From Promethearchaeota archaeon (lineage in GTDB: Archaea > Asgardarchaeota > Odinarchaeia > Odinarchaeales > JBHLKK01), in contig JBHLPL010000016.1 in the NCBI GenBank assembly GCA_048939465.1, positions 1-25,432 on the forward strand: a stretch of DNA of 25,432 nucleotides. Direction: 5' to 3'. Numbering within the stretch: the stretch's first letter is position 1; the number at the start of each line of letters is the position of its first letter. This document shows, piece by piece, positions 8,855 to 16,434 of the stretch. The position numbers and the translations under genes are program-made. A model generated the notes under the pieces. It searched no databases. It was not told the origin of the DNA and was given only the letters and a program-made list of their open reading frames with translations.

Positions 8855-8922
8855 TGGAGGTCTAGATCGTCGCGAGGTCATCATTTTTTATCAGACTGGG
8901 GTCGGCGTCTATCATTCCTCCA
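8855..8922 (-). ncRNA. Box C/D-like 2'-O-methylation guide sRNA with variant terminal boxes
   Basis: Minus strand reads TGGAGG-AAT-GA-TAGA-cgccgaccccagt-CTGA-taaaaa-ATGATGA-cctcgcgacga-TCTA-GA-CCTCCA. It has a 6-bp terminal stem, a 3-nt bulge plus tandem GA kink-turn closed by a 4-bp stem, perfect D' and C' boxes, and 13- and 11/12-nt guides. Confidence 0.8.
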
Positions 8923-9047
8923 GCAGTAAATAGGGGTATTGGTTCTAAAAAACTTATGGAATCCTAACGAACGAAAGAAGAGTCCATAAAGCTTAAATAA
9001 GCAATTCAGCGACAGAAAATCTAGAATTACAGAATATCTTAATCGGT

Positions 9048-9191
9048 GGGCCCGTAGCTCAGTCAGGTAGAGCACCGGGCTTTTAAACCCTGGTGCTTCC
9101 TTGTGAAGAAACCCGGTGGGTCGTGCTGCAAATCGCACGCGAGCCGCTGCAATCTGCAGAATCGTGGGTTCGATTCCCGCCGGGCCCGCCA
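9048..9191 (+). tRNA. tRNA-Lys(UUU) with a 37/38 intron (9086-9110, 25 nt) and a composite 46/47 insertion (9120-9161, 42 nt); CCA encoded
   Basis: Removing both segments gives a 77-nt cloverleaf: GGGCCCG/CGGGCCC acceptor, GCTC/GAGC D stem, CCGGG/CCCGG anticodon stem with CTTTTAA loop, GTGGG-TTCGATT-CCCGC T arm. The 37/38 BHB helix is CTTT:GAAG. Confidence 0.93.
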
Positions 9192-9207
9192 GTCTATTCT
9201 CCTATTC

Positions 9208-9816
9208 CTAAGACACTTTGACGGATACGCTCAAACCTCGTCCTGCATCGATTGGCAAGATTACTGTGCTCCATTTCTCTGGATTCGTGATTTCATTGAC
9301 AAAATCTTCCATCCTTTCGCGGTGGGATACTGTATTATGTGCAGTAACTATACTTCCTGCTTTTAGTTTGGGGAACATCGAGGTCAAATACATAAGATAC
9401 TCGTCTTTTGCTCCATCAATAAAGGCAAAATCTATTTCTACATCAAGTTTATCAATCTGGTCTATCGCATTTCCATGAATTATCTCGATACAGTCTGCTA
9501 TTCCTTCTAGATCCTCGATCTTGCTTGCCTTCTTTAAATTGGATTTAGCAGCTTCAGCTCTTTCCGAGCTTCTTTCGATTGTATATACCTTTCCTACACC
9601 ATCGCTGTCGATCAAACCTTTTGCAAGCCAGAGCGCAGAATATCCAACTCCTGTTCCAACTTCAACGACATTGACAAAATCTCTAGGTTGTGCGTACATA
9701 CGAAGCAGAATGCTTAGGAATTCCCCGCAATCCCGAGAAATCGGATGATAGCCAAATCTCTGTCTGCTGATCTCATCCATCAGATTTAAGAATGATTTTG
9801 ACATCATGATTTTCAC
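9208..9816 (-). CDS. O-methyltransferase (Methyltransf_3, COMT/YrrM-like)
   Basis: VVEVGTGVGYSALWLA, VYTIE, FAFIDGAKDEY, VTAHN. Confidence 0.88.
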   Translation of the reverse strand: MKIMMSKSFLNLMDEISRQRFGYHPISRDCGEFLSILLRMYAQPRDFVNVVEVGTGVGYSALWLAKGLIDSDGVGKVYTIERSSERAEAAKSNLKKASKIEDLEGIADCIEIIHGNAIDQIDKLDVEIDFAFIDGAKDEYLMYLTSMFPKLKAGSIVTAHNTVSHRERMEDFVNEITNPEKWSTVILPIDAGRGLSVSVKVS

Positions 9817-9846
9817 ATATTCGTTCTTTAATTAAGATTTCTCACA

Positions 9847-10362
9847 TTAAAAGGAGAATCTACATCCAGAAATTTCGGGGCCCGCCTTCCATGGCCGTCT
9901 CTCTGAATCAGATAAATCCATAAACATCTCTACATGTCCGAGATTTTTAAAACCCCGTTCAAAAAAGAATTTCATAGCTAGTACGTTTCGCGCTACAGGC
10001 TTCACTTTGAGGAATCTTATTCCTCTGCTGCGGGCCTCGGTGATTATCCTCTGTATTAATTGGTTTCCTATTCCCTTCTTTCGGAAACCCTTCTTTATTA
10101 CAATAGGTTCAACTTCGCCTTCCTCTCCCTCAACAATCAATCCAGTAAGTCCAATAACCTGGGATTCATGAACAGCGACCCAGATTTGGTCAGGTCCCAC
10201 CTCTTCGAGGTGCTCGTCGAAGTGGTCTTCTGGGTGTTCCCCTCCAATTGTTGGATCCTGGTAAATTTCACGATGCCACTCAGTAAGCTCTCCCCATAGG
10301 GCACGACATTGATCTCTGTATTCGTCGTTGTATTTGTGAATTACAAACGATATACCCATCAA
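9847..10362 (-). CDS. GNAT family N-acetyltransferase
   Basis: Motif A IVIKKGFRKKGIGNQL; NVLAMKFFFERGF. Confidence 0.88.
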   Translation of the reverse strand: MMGISFVIHKYNDEYRDQCRALWGELTEWHREIYQDPTIGGEHPEDHFDEHLEEVGPDQIWVAVHESQVIGLTGLIVEGEEGEVEPIVIKKGFRKKGIGNQLIQRIITEARSRGIRFLKVKPVARNVLAMKFFFERGFKNLGHVEMFMDLSDSERRPWKAGPEISGCRFSF

Positions 10363-10404
10363 ACATTCACTTCCGTTATTTTCTTTTAGATGATTAAGAC
10401 TTGA

Positions 10405-11199
10405 CTACCAATAATCCATTATCAAAAACTGCCGCTCAGGAAAAATAGACCTCAGCAATCGATCCCTTTCCTTTTGACTAAGTGTTGTCTTAACATCTAT
10501 CTGATTCGTTCTCAGTGACTTGATGGGATCCATAATGCCAAAGACCAGCTGTATCAGAGAGTCACGACTCATTGAAATCTTTAAATCAACCGGTTGGTTG
10601 GTCCACACAATGGTTTCGACATTCTCTCTGGTTCTTCTAATGAATATACTATTCTCTTCGCACTCTATCTGGACTAAGCCTTCCCATCTTTTCATGCTTT
10701 CTAAGCGCTCCAAGAAAACGGGCTCTAATTCCGTGAGGAAAATTCGCAAATCAAGTACTGAAAACATTAGCACATCATTGGTTTTCGTTTCAAAAAACCC
10801 TAGATCAGTAAAGATCTTTTCATATGTTGGAGTCTGAACATAGTAACTACTAACAACTGTAGCTCCCTTCTTAGCAAGCACGTCGTTAACCTTCCCTATG
10901 AGTTCTTCGGCTATCTCTTCAAAGTCGTGTTCAACGTCAACAACTATCTCCATGATATCTCCCCATTTTGATCTTCTGTGATATTTTGCATGAGCGTATC
11001 CTAAGATGTGATTTTGATCTTCAACCGCAACCCAGTTTATGAGGTCGGTTGCGTACGATTTGTCTTCCTTACGAAGCATGAGTCTAAATGTTCTATGATC
11101 TCTATGAGCGACTCCCACAAATTGTCTAGAAAACTCATTGTACAGCTCAAGCATCTTCGGTATGTCTTCTTTCTTCGCTTCTCGCAGTTGTATTTTCAT
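10405..11199 (-). CDS. GNAT-fold + SCP2-like (Eis-type C-terminal) protein with degenerate acetyl-CoA loop
   Basis: N-terminal IQLREAKKEDIPKMLELY and WVAVEDQNHILGY GNAT strands; C-terminal VDLKISMSRDSLIQLVFG SCP2-like segment. ATG at 11199 lies 2 nt after the upstream stop, preceded by GGGGA. Confidence 0.7.
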   Translation of the reverse strand: MKIQLREAKKEDIPKMLELYNEFSRQFVGVAHRDHRTFRLMLRKEDKSYATDLINWVAVEDQNHILGYAHAKYHRRSKWGDIMEIVVDVEHDFEEIAEELIGKVNDVLAKKGATVVSSYYVQTPTYEKIFTDLGFFETKTNDVLMFSVLDLRIFLTELEPVFLERLESMKRWEGLVQIECEENSIFIRRTRENVETIVWTNQPVDLKISMSRDSLIQLVFGIMDPIKSLRTNQIDVKTTLSQKERDRLLRSIFPERQFLIMDYW

Positions 11200-11201
11200 G
11201 A

Positions 11202-11999
11202 TTAATCCCCCCATCTCCAATGTAAGACGCGTTTAAGCAATTCAATGTCTTCCTGTTCTCCTCTTTTGAGTACGAGTCTTTTGCTCTCAATAGCTTCCTC
11301 CCATGGTACCACATTCCACCATATCTTGGTATAAGTCTGTAAATCTGTGGAAAACTCTATGTCGATCCTCTTAGGCACCCTTCTTGGAACTTGAAAACGA
11401 CCTTTCTTGAACTGGAAGCATAATTCTCCGACTTCCTTGATGCCTATAACAATGGTTTTTTCCCATCCTTTCAACTTCCTTTTGGCAATCTTCGAGTCTT
11501 TCAATCGACGGTTACGCCTTCGAATCCAATTAGTAAAGAGCGAACGAAAATCTAGGTATTTCATAAAGGTGCGAAAAGTAGCCAAGTCAACAAATCCGAG
11601 TCGTTCATAAACTCTGTGAGCTGGATTATCGAGCTCAGTGTAGAGGGCGGAACTTGAAATCCCCTTATTCTTTGTGGACTCTAAAGCTTTCCCAATTACA
11701 TTGCTTGCTATCCCTTTCTTCCTATGGTCGGAATCTGTGCACACAGCAGCAACTGCCCCGGTTCTCAAGTAGGTCTTCTCGCCGACATGTAGTTTCCTAG
11801 ACATTATCTCAACGTAGCTCACAAGTTTCCCATCAACCTCCGCAACGAATGCGTCATCAGAATTAATCTTTTCTTGACTGTACCACTGTAAGAGCTGTTT
11901 AGGAGTCACTGGACCAAAGCATTCCCTGAGAATCTTGGCCAGATTTGTTTCATCACCTTTCTTATAGTTGCGAACTAGGTACTTCGTGGGTTCACTCAA
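11202..11999 (-). CDS. GNAT (Eis N-terminal-like) + SCP2-like domain acetyltransferase
   Basis: GAVAAVCTDSDHRKKGIAS motif A; NPAHRVYERLGF; C-terminal IDIEFSTDLQTYTKIWW...EAIESKRLVLK SCP2-like. Confidence 0.8.
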   Translation of the reverse strand: MSEPTKYLVRNYKKGDETNLAKILRECFGPVTPKQLLQWYSQEKINSDDAFVAEVDGKLVSYVEIMSRKLHVGEKTYLRTGAVAAVCTDSDHRKKGIASNVIGKALESTKNKGISSSALYTELDNPAHRVYERLGFVDLATFRTFMKYLDFRSLFTNWIRRRNRRLKDSKIAKRKLKGWEKTIVIGIKEVGELCFQFKKGRFQVPRRVPKRIDIEFSTDLQTYTKIWWNVVPWEEAIESKRLVLKRGEQEDIELLKRVLHWRWGD

Positions 12000-12102
12000 A
12001 TGTTGCCCCCCTAATTAATAACTGTAATAATCGTTAAGATATGACTAAGTAGAGGCCAAAGCCTTTATTAAACTCTCCAAAAAGCCTTATAAGATTCGTC
12101 AG

Positions 12103-12331
12103 AATCTGGGGAGAATAGTATGCCAGCATCAAAAACATCCGTGCAAGGCTATATTATGACGCAGGCACTGACTCAGTCGAGAAAATGGCATCTTCGAATC
12201 CTAAAGAACTTCGAGCACTGCTTATTGAATTTGTTAAAAGAACCCAATTCGACGGAATCGCACCGTTGTCAAAGGAGGCTGAATTCTCAGTCAGAAAGGC
12301 CAAGGAATTGCCAAAGATAGTGGAATACTAG
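12103..12331 (+). pseudogene. 5'-truncated, frameshifted remnant of a DUF4332-like (HhH) protein gene
   Basis: Frame from 12119 reads YASIKNIRARLYYDAGTDSVEKMASSNPKELRALLIEFVKRTQFDGIAPLSKEAEFSVRKAKELPKIVEY* and is preceded by an in-frame TAG (12116). NLGRI lies just upstream in another frame. Family assignment is from recalled similarity, not a search. Confidence 0.7.
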
Positions 12332-12430
12332 AGAAACCTACGATCTCAATAGTGGTAAATCCGGACCTTATTGATTTCATTGTTATCAAAAACCTTTTAG
12401 GAGAAATAATTCCTAGTTAAAAAGGAATGT

Positions 12431-12559
12431 GGGCCCGTAGCTCAGGTAGGTAGAGCGTCGGTCCATTTAGTCGATGGGACGAAGCTCTTAACCCGATGGA
12501 CTGTTAAGCGCATGGTTTAACAGGTCGAATCAGGGGTTCAATTCCCCTCGGGCCCGCCA
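12431..12559 (+). tRNA. tRNA-Lys(CUU) with introns at 30/31 (12462-12483, 22 nt) and 46/47 (12500-12529, 30 nt); CCA encoded
   Basis: Spliced product is a 77-nt cloverleaf (TCGGG/CCCGA stem, CTCTTAA loop, AGGGG-TTCAATT-CCCCT). The 30/31 intron has a full BHB (GAG:CTC, CGTC:GACG, CCAT:ATGG). The 46/47 intron has helix CGAT:GTCG plus a CTGTTAA/TTAACAG stem. Confidence 0.95.
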
Positions 12560-12689
12560 ACCATAATTCGAGAATCTTTTGCCCAGAAACCCCAATATTG
12601 GTGCTTCGAGACATACCTGGCAATTCAGAATGCTCGATAATTCTCCGTTAGGGGAGACTCATAAGTGCTTGCTAGGGTGGAGATAGACT

Positions 12690-13451
12690 TTGTGCAATAC
12701 GGGAAGAATAAGAAAAGAATGGAATGATGCTGCTGAATCATGGGTAGATTTTGTAAGGAAAGGGAAGGACTACCATAGAGATCAAATCAACAATCCTGCT
12801 GCCTTTGGCTTGATAGGCAATGTAAAAGGTATGAACGTGTTGGATCTGGCCTGTGGAGAGGGATACAACACAAGAATCCTTGCTAGAAAAGGGGCCAAGG
12901 TAGTCGGTGTAGATCTTTCAGAGAGAATGATTGAATTTGCGAGGCAGGAAGAAAAGACAGAGGAACTTGGCATATCATATCATAATTTGGACGCCTCGGA
13001 CCTTAAGGAATTTTCAAGCCATCATTTTGATCTTGTAACATGTTTTATGTCTCTCCAAGATATTGAGAGCTATGAAAAAGCAATATCGGAAGTAGCCAGG
13101 GTCTTGAAGAATCGTTCTAGATTCATCTTCTCGATCCCTCACCCGTGTTTTGAAAGAATAAATGGGTTGGAAGTAAGTACAAGAAGGAAGTATTTCCGAG
13201 CAGTTCGATACTCTTTGGAATGGAAAATGGAAAGACTAAAAGAACCATTCAGAACCACGTCCTTCCATAGGACTTTGACAGACTACATTGCTGTCCTTAA
13301 CGGGAGCGGATTATTCGTGTCTAATCTCTTGGAGCCGAAGCCCACGGAAAAGGGAGTACTGAAACATCCTAGGCTCAAAAAGAATTTGGCGATACCAGAA
13401 TCGATAGTAATTGAATCCATAAAAATCGAGGACGGCTGGGTCAGATCCTGA
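12690..13451 (+). CDS. Class I SAM-dependent methyltransferase
   Basis: VLDLACGEGY, VVGVDLS, FDLVTCFMSL, ARVLK, FSIPHPCF. TTG start. Confidence 0.9.
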   Translation: MCNTGRIRKEWNDAAESWVDFVRKGKDYHRDQINNPAAFGLIGNVKGMNVLDLACGEGYNTRILARKGAKVVGVDLSERMIEFARQEEKTEELGISYHNLDASDLKEFSSHHFDLVTCFMSLQDIESYEKAISEVARVLKNRSRFIFSIPHPCFERINGLEVSTRRKYFRAVRYSLEWKMERLKEPFRTTSFHRTLTDYIAVLNGSGLFVSNLLEPKPTEKGVLKHPRLKKNLAIPESIVIESIKIEDGWVRS

Positions 13452-13904
13452 AGAGAGACTTGGAGATATCGACCTGCAAATCCTTATTATTGTCACTCAC
13501 CGATAGGTTTGGAATTCGATGCACTCCCATATCATCGTCCTACCCCGGTCTCTTAAATGCGACGCGCAGGACCTATTCATGCGACTGCCTTCCGTTAAAT
13601 TGCCTTTGGAGGTAAGTTGTCAATAATATAGTAACTATGTGTTATCTAATCCAGATGAGAATGGCACCAAGGGAATCTGCTGGTCATATATACTTACAGT
13701 AGGAAAAGATGATGCACTTGTATGTACAGGTCCACCATGCAAGAATGAATTCAGAAAATACGCAATTAGATAATTTGTAGTGTTAGTATCTCTTTTAGTT
13801 TCCTTGATCTTACCAACATATAGCTCTCAGTATATAGCAAAATTCATTGATTCTTTTAAATAATCGTAGAAGCCATTACTGCATAATCCAAAAACGAATG
13901 GATC

Positions 13905-14825
13905 GTGACGTATTTGAAGCAAAGCATCCTCCTCCCCATTCCAAAGAATTTCAACTTCTGGACTACTGTCTGGAGCAGCGGCTGGTGCAGCTTAGAGCCT
14001 TTTGCCGTTAGCAAGGAAGAGCAGACACTGTCTCGCGTTCAAAAATTATCGAGTGGAAAAATCGTTAGGGTTACGCTGGCACAAAACCGTAAGGGCGAAC
14101 TCCCAATCTTGGTAGAATCCCATAGAAGGATGAGCATTTCAGACGTTGACGAACTCGAAAATGTTGTGAAAATCTGTCTAAGATTGGACGAAGATCTTTC
14201 ACCTCTCTACTCTCTGCTTGAAGATTACCCAGAGTTTGGCTGGGCAGAAGAACTCGATGTTGGTCGCTCTGTTAGATCCCCCACCGTTTTCGAAGACGTC
14301 GTTAAGACAATCTGCACCACAAATGCTAGCTGGTCTCTTACAAAAGCTGCAATACACAGAATCTGCAGAAGGATCGGGGATAGCTTCTCTGATGAGTTTC
14401 ACACGTTTCCAACACCCCGGCAAATGGCCTCAAAAAGTGAGGAATTCATGAGAAAAGAGATAAGAGTCGGCTATCGCAGCCCCTATCTGATAGAACTGGC
14501 TCAAAAAACAGCTGAAGGGAGATTTGATGTTGAATCATGGAACACCTGTTTGACAAGTTCTACTGACCTTAAAGCTGAAATCACAAAACTAAAGGGAGTG
14601 GGGAGTTACGCAGCAGACAACATATTGAAGCTCCTGGGTAGGTATGATTTTCTGGCTATAGACAGCTGGGTGAGAAAGAGATTTGCTAAAATCCACAGGA
14701 AAGGGAAAATGGCCTCCGATGGGGAGATTGAAGAATTCTACGCTCCGTTCGGGGAATGGAGGGGTTTGGTTTTGTGGCTTGACTTGACAAAGGAGTGGCT
14801 TATCCCCGAGAGTGAAAGAAAGTAG
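13905..14825 (+). CDS. HhH-GPD DNA glycosylase (OGG_N + HhH; AlkA/OGG1-like)
   Basis: RSPTVFEDVVKTICTTN, FPTP, HhH LKGVGSYAA, catalytic Asp in AIDSWV, YAPFGEWRG. Confidence 0.85.
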   Translation: MTYLKQSILLPIPKNFNFWTTVWSSGWCSLEPFAVSKEEQTLSRVQKLSSGKIVRVTLAQNRKGELPILVESHRRMSISDVDELENVVKICLRLDEDLSPLYSLLEDYPEFGWAEELDVGRSVRSPTVFEDVVKTICTTNASWSLTKAAIHRICRRIGDSFSDEFHTFPTPRQMASKSEEFMRKEIRVGYRSPYLIELAQKTAEGRFDVESWNTCLTSSTDLKAEITKLKGVGSYAADNILKLLGRYDFLAIDSWVRKRFAKIHRKGKMASDGEIEEFYAPFGEWRGLVLWLDLTKEWLIPESERK

Positions 14826-14906
14826 TTCTATTGGAATGTATAGATTGAATTAGTATTACGCTGGGCGATCATTTTGTAAAGAAGGTTCTGAGTAACGTTT
14901 TGCGTC

Positions 14907-15224
14907 TCAAAAGTACTTATCCTTGGCTGTTTTAATAGTCCCAGAAACGCCTAGCACGTGTATTAGGACTGGCATTCTTTCCACCTCTCTTAGGGTGGCC
15001 AATGGTACTCTGATCAAATCAACTGCTCTGTGAGTGCACTGAATAATCCCCCTCTTTGAGCCTTCTTCATAGTAGGAAAGCCAGAATTGTGCTTTGCTTG
15101 CTCCGTACTCGCCGTATATCCTGATAATCTCATTCATAATGCTATGTATAAGCATACTCTTCCTAACTTCCCCCTCTGAAAACAACTCGAACGCAATGTA
15201 TCTCCGCCTTTGTCTTTTTCTCAT
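14907..15224 (-). CDS. rnp2: RNase P protein subunit Pop5/Rpp14
   Basis: RRRYIAFEL, GIIQCTH, VLGVSGTIKTA; overlaps the rnp3 stop (ATGA). Confidence 0.93.
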   Translation of the reverse strand: MRKRQRRRYIAFELFSEGEVRKSMLIHSIMNEIIRIYGEYGASKAQFWLSYYEEGSKRGIIQCTHRAVDLIRVPLATLREVERMPVLIHVLGVSGTIKTAKDKYF

Positions 15225-15952
15225 TTATGGCTCACCGGTCTTTTCACGATTTTTATTCCTTTCATGACGTAATCTGGATCTCGTTTCTCAACATTGCGAA
15301 GAATCATACGTTTGGGTACTTCAGACAAGGCCTGCTTTGCCTTTTTTTCATCAATGTCCAACAGTTTCGCCAAGGCCATTAGCTCTCGCGGTCCCCTTAA
15401 TTGGTATTTGTGGGTGGCCCCGCTGCTTAGCAGAAGAGGCGCATTAGCGTTAACTGTTTCTTCAACCACCTTGCAAAACCCGTTAAGAATGTTTACCCGT
15501 GGAACTCCACGCGTCGAAATTATCCAACTCAACGAAATCTCTACTGCTGTGTTATTCTTGGCAGCCAACTTCGCAGCTGTTCTGCGAAAAATCTTTGCAT
15601 TTTCAGGGTTTATCACTATTATGTCTACTCGCGAATCTCGTGCTGCTAAGGAAAATAGGTTGCGATTTGGGCATTCAACCCCAATTATGTCGATATTGCC
15701 CCTGATACGACTCAGCGCCCGCTTAAGCGAGACTGAAGATTTTGCCGTGATATCCGCCCTCGAAAGGATCTTGATTTTGAAGTCTCCTAATTCATCCTTC
15801 AGCTTATTGAAGTCACTGATAGGTCTCCGGGCAAAATCTGCGAAACATACACCGTGGATTCCCAGTCCTTCGACAAACTTGCCTATCTCAGAAGGTGTAG
15901 ACTCACCAATGGATAGTGTTGAATTGACGCGCATATCATAGAATTCTGTCAT
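15221..15952 (-). CDS. rnp3: RNase P protein subunit Rpp30
   Basis: PHP-like FYDMRV, AARDSRVDII, AVEISL, LSSGATHKYQLRGPRELMAL. Confidence 0.92.
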   Translation of the reverse strand: MTEFYDMRVNSTLSIGESTPSEIGKFVEGLGIHGVCFADFARRPISDFNKLKDELGDFKIKILSRADITAKSSVSLKRALSRIRGNIDIIGVECPNRNLFSLAARDSRVDIIVINPENAKIFRRTAAKLAAKNNTAVEISLSWIISTRGVPRVNILNGFCKVVEETVNANAPLLLSSGATHKYQLRGPRELMALAKLLDIDEKKAKQALSEVPKRMILRNVEKRDPDYVMKGIKIVKRPVSHK

Positions 15953-16434
15953 TATTTCACCAAGAAATGCCTTTTGTAAGATTCAATAATTCCTTTATTT
16001 GTTAGAGTTGACGGCTTCGCAGTACTAACCCTAACTTTTATCGCATCGTCGATCGGCCTGAAAATAGGTCTTCCTCGATAAGCTGATTGTTTATCGATGC
16101 GCAGGTGAAGGACCCCCGTCTCATCTAAGCGCATCTCTAGCTCCTTGGAGAGAAGCAATCGCTCTTTCTTGTCAAATTTGCTGAATAGGTAAAGTAAAGA
16201 TTCCTCTACAAGCTTTTTCTCAAGAATTTTCATACGATAGACAACTATTTGATTCCGGTAATGCCCCTTCAGAACGTCTCTTCTAGTCCTGATTTCGTCT
16301 CTGAATCTGTCAGGTATCAGATTAAGTACGGCTTGAAGTACCTTATCTTCATCTTCCGTGGCATGCGCAAATACTTCAAATTCGATAGATTTTGGGCGTA
16401 TTTCAAACAAATGCAGACCACCAAAATTAGTCAT
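15952..16434 (-). CDS. DUF54 RNA-binding protein (COG1325, predicted exosome-associated)
   Basis: [40 protein letters not shown]; conserved position between rpl15e and rnp3. Confidence 0.85.
   Translation of the reverse strand: MTNFGGLHLFEIRPKSIEFEVFAHATEDEDKVLQAVLNLIPDRFRDEIRTRRDVLKGHYRNQIVVYRMKILEKKLVEESLLYLFSKFDKKERLLLSKELEMRLDETGVLHLRIDKQSAYRGRPIFRPIDDAIKVRVSTAKPSTLTNKGIIESYKRHFLVK

Noticed and set aside
8929-8967. NRGIGSKKLME, resembling a GNAT motif A remnant
   Set aside because: Very short, no supporting flanking homology, and the region is better explained as the sRNA promoter.
8881-9366. ORFs 8881-9138 (-) and 9103-9366 (+)
   Set aside because: They overlap the sRNA, tRNA-Lys and the O-methyltransferase and have no recognisable motifs; shadow frames.
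9878-9886. GGGCCCGCC matching the tRNA-Lys 3' end (possible att site)
   Set aside because: Only 9 nt, inside an intact GNAT coding sequence, and no integrase nearby.
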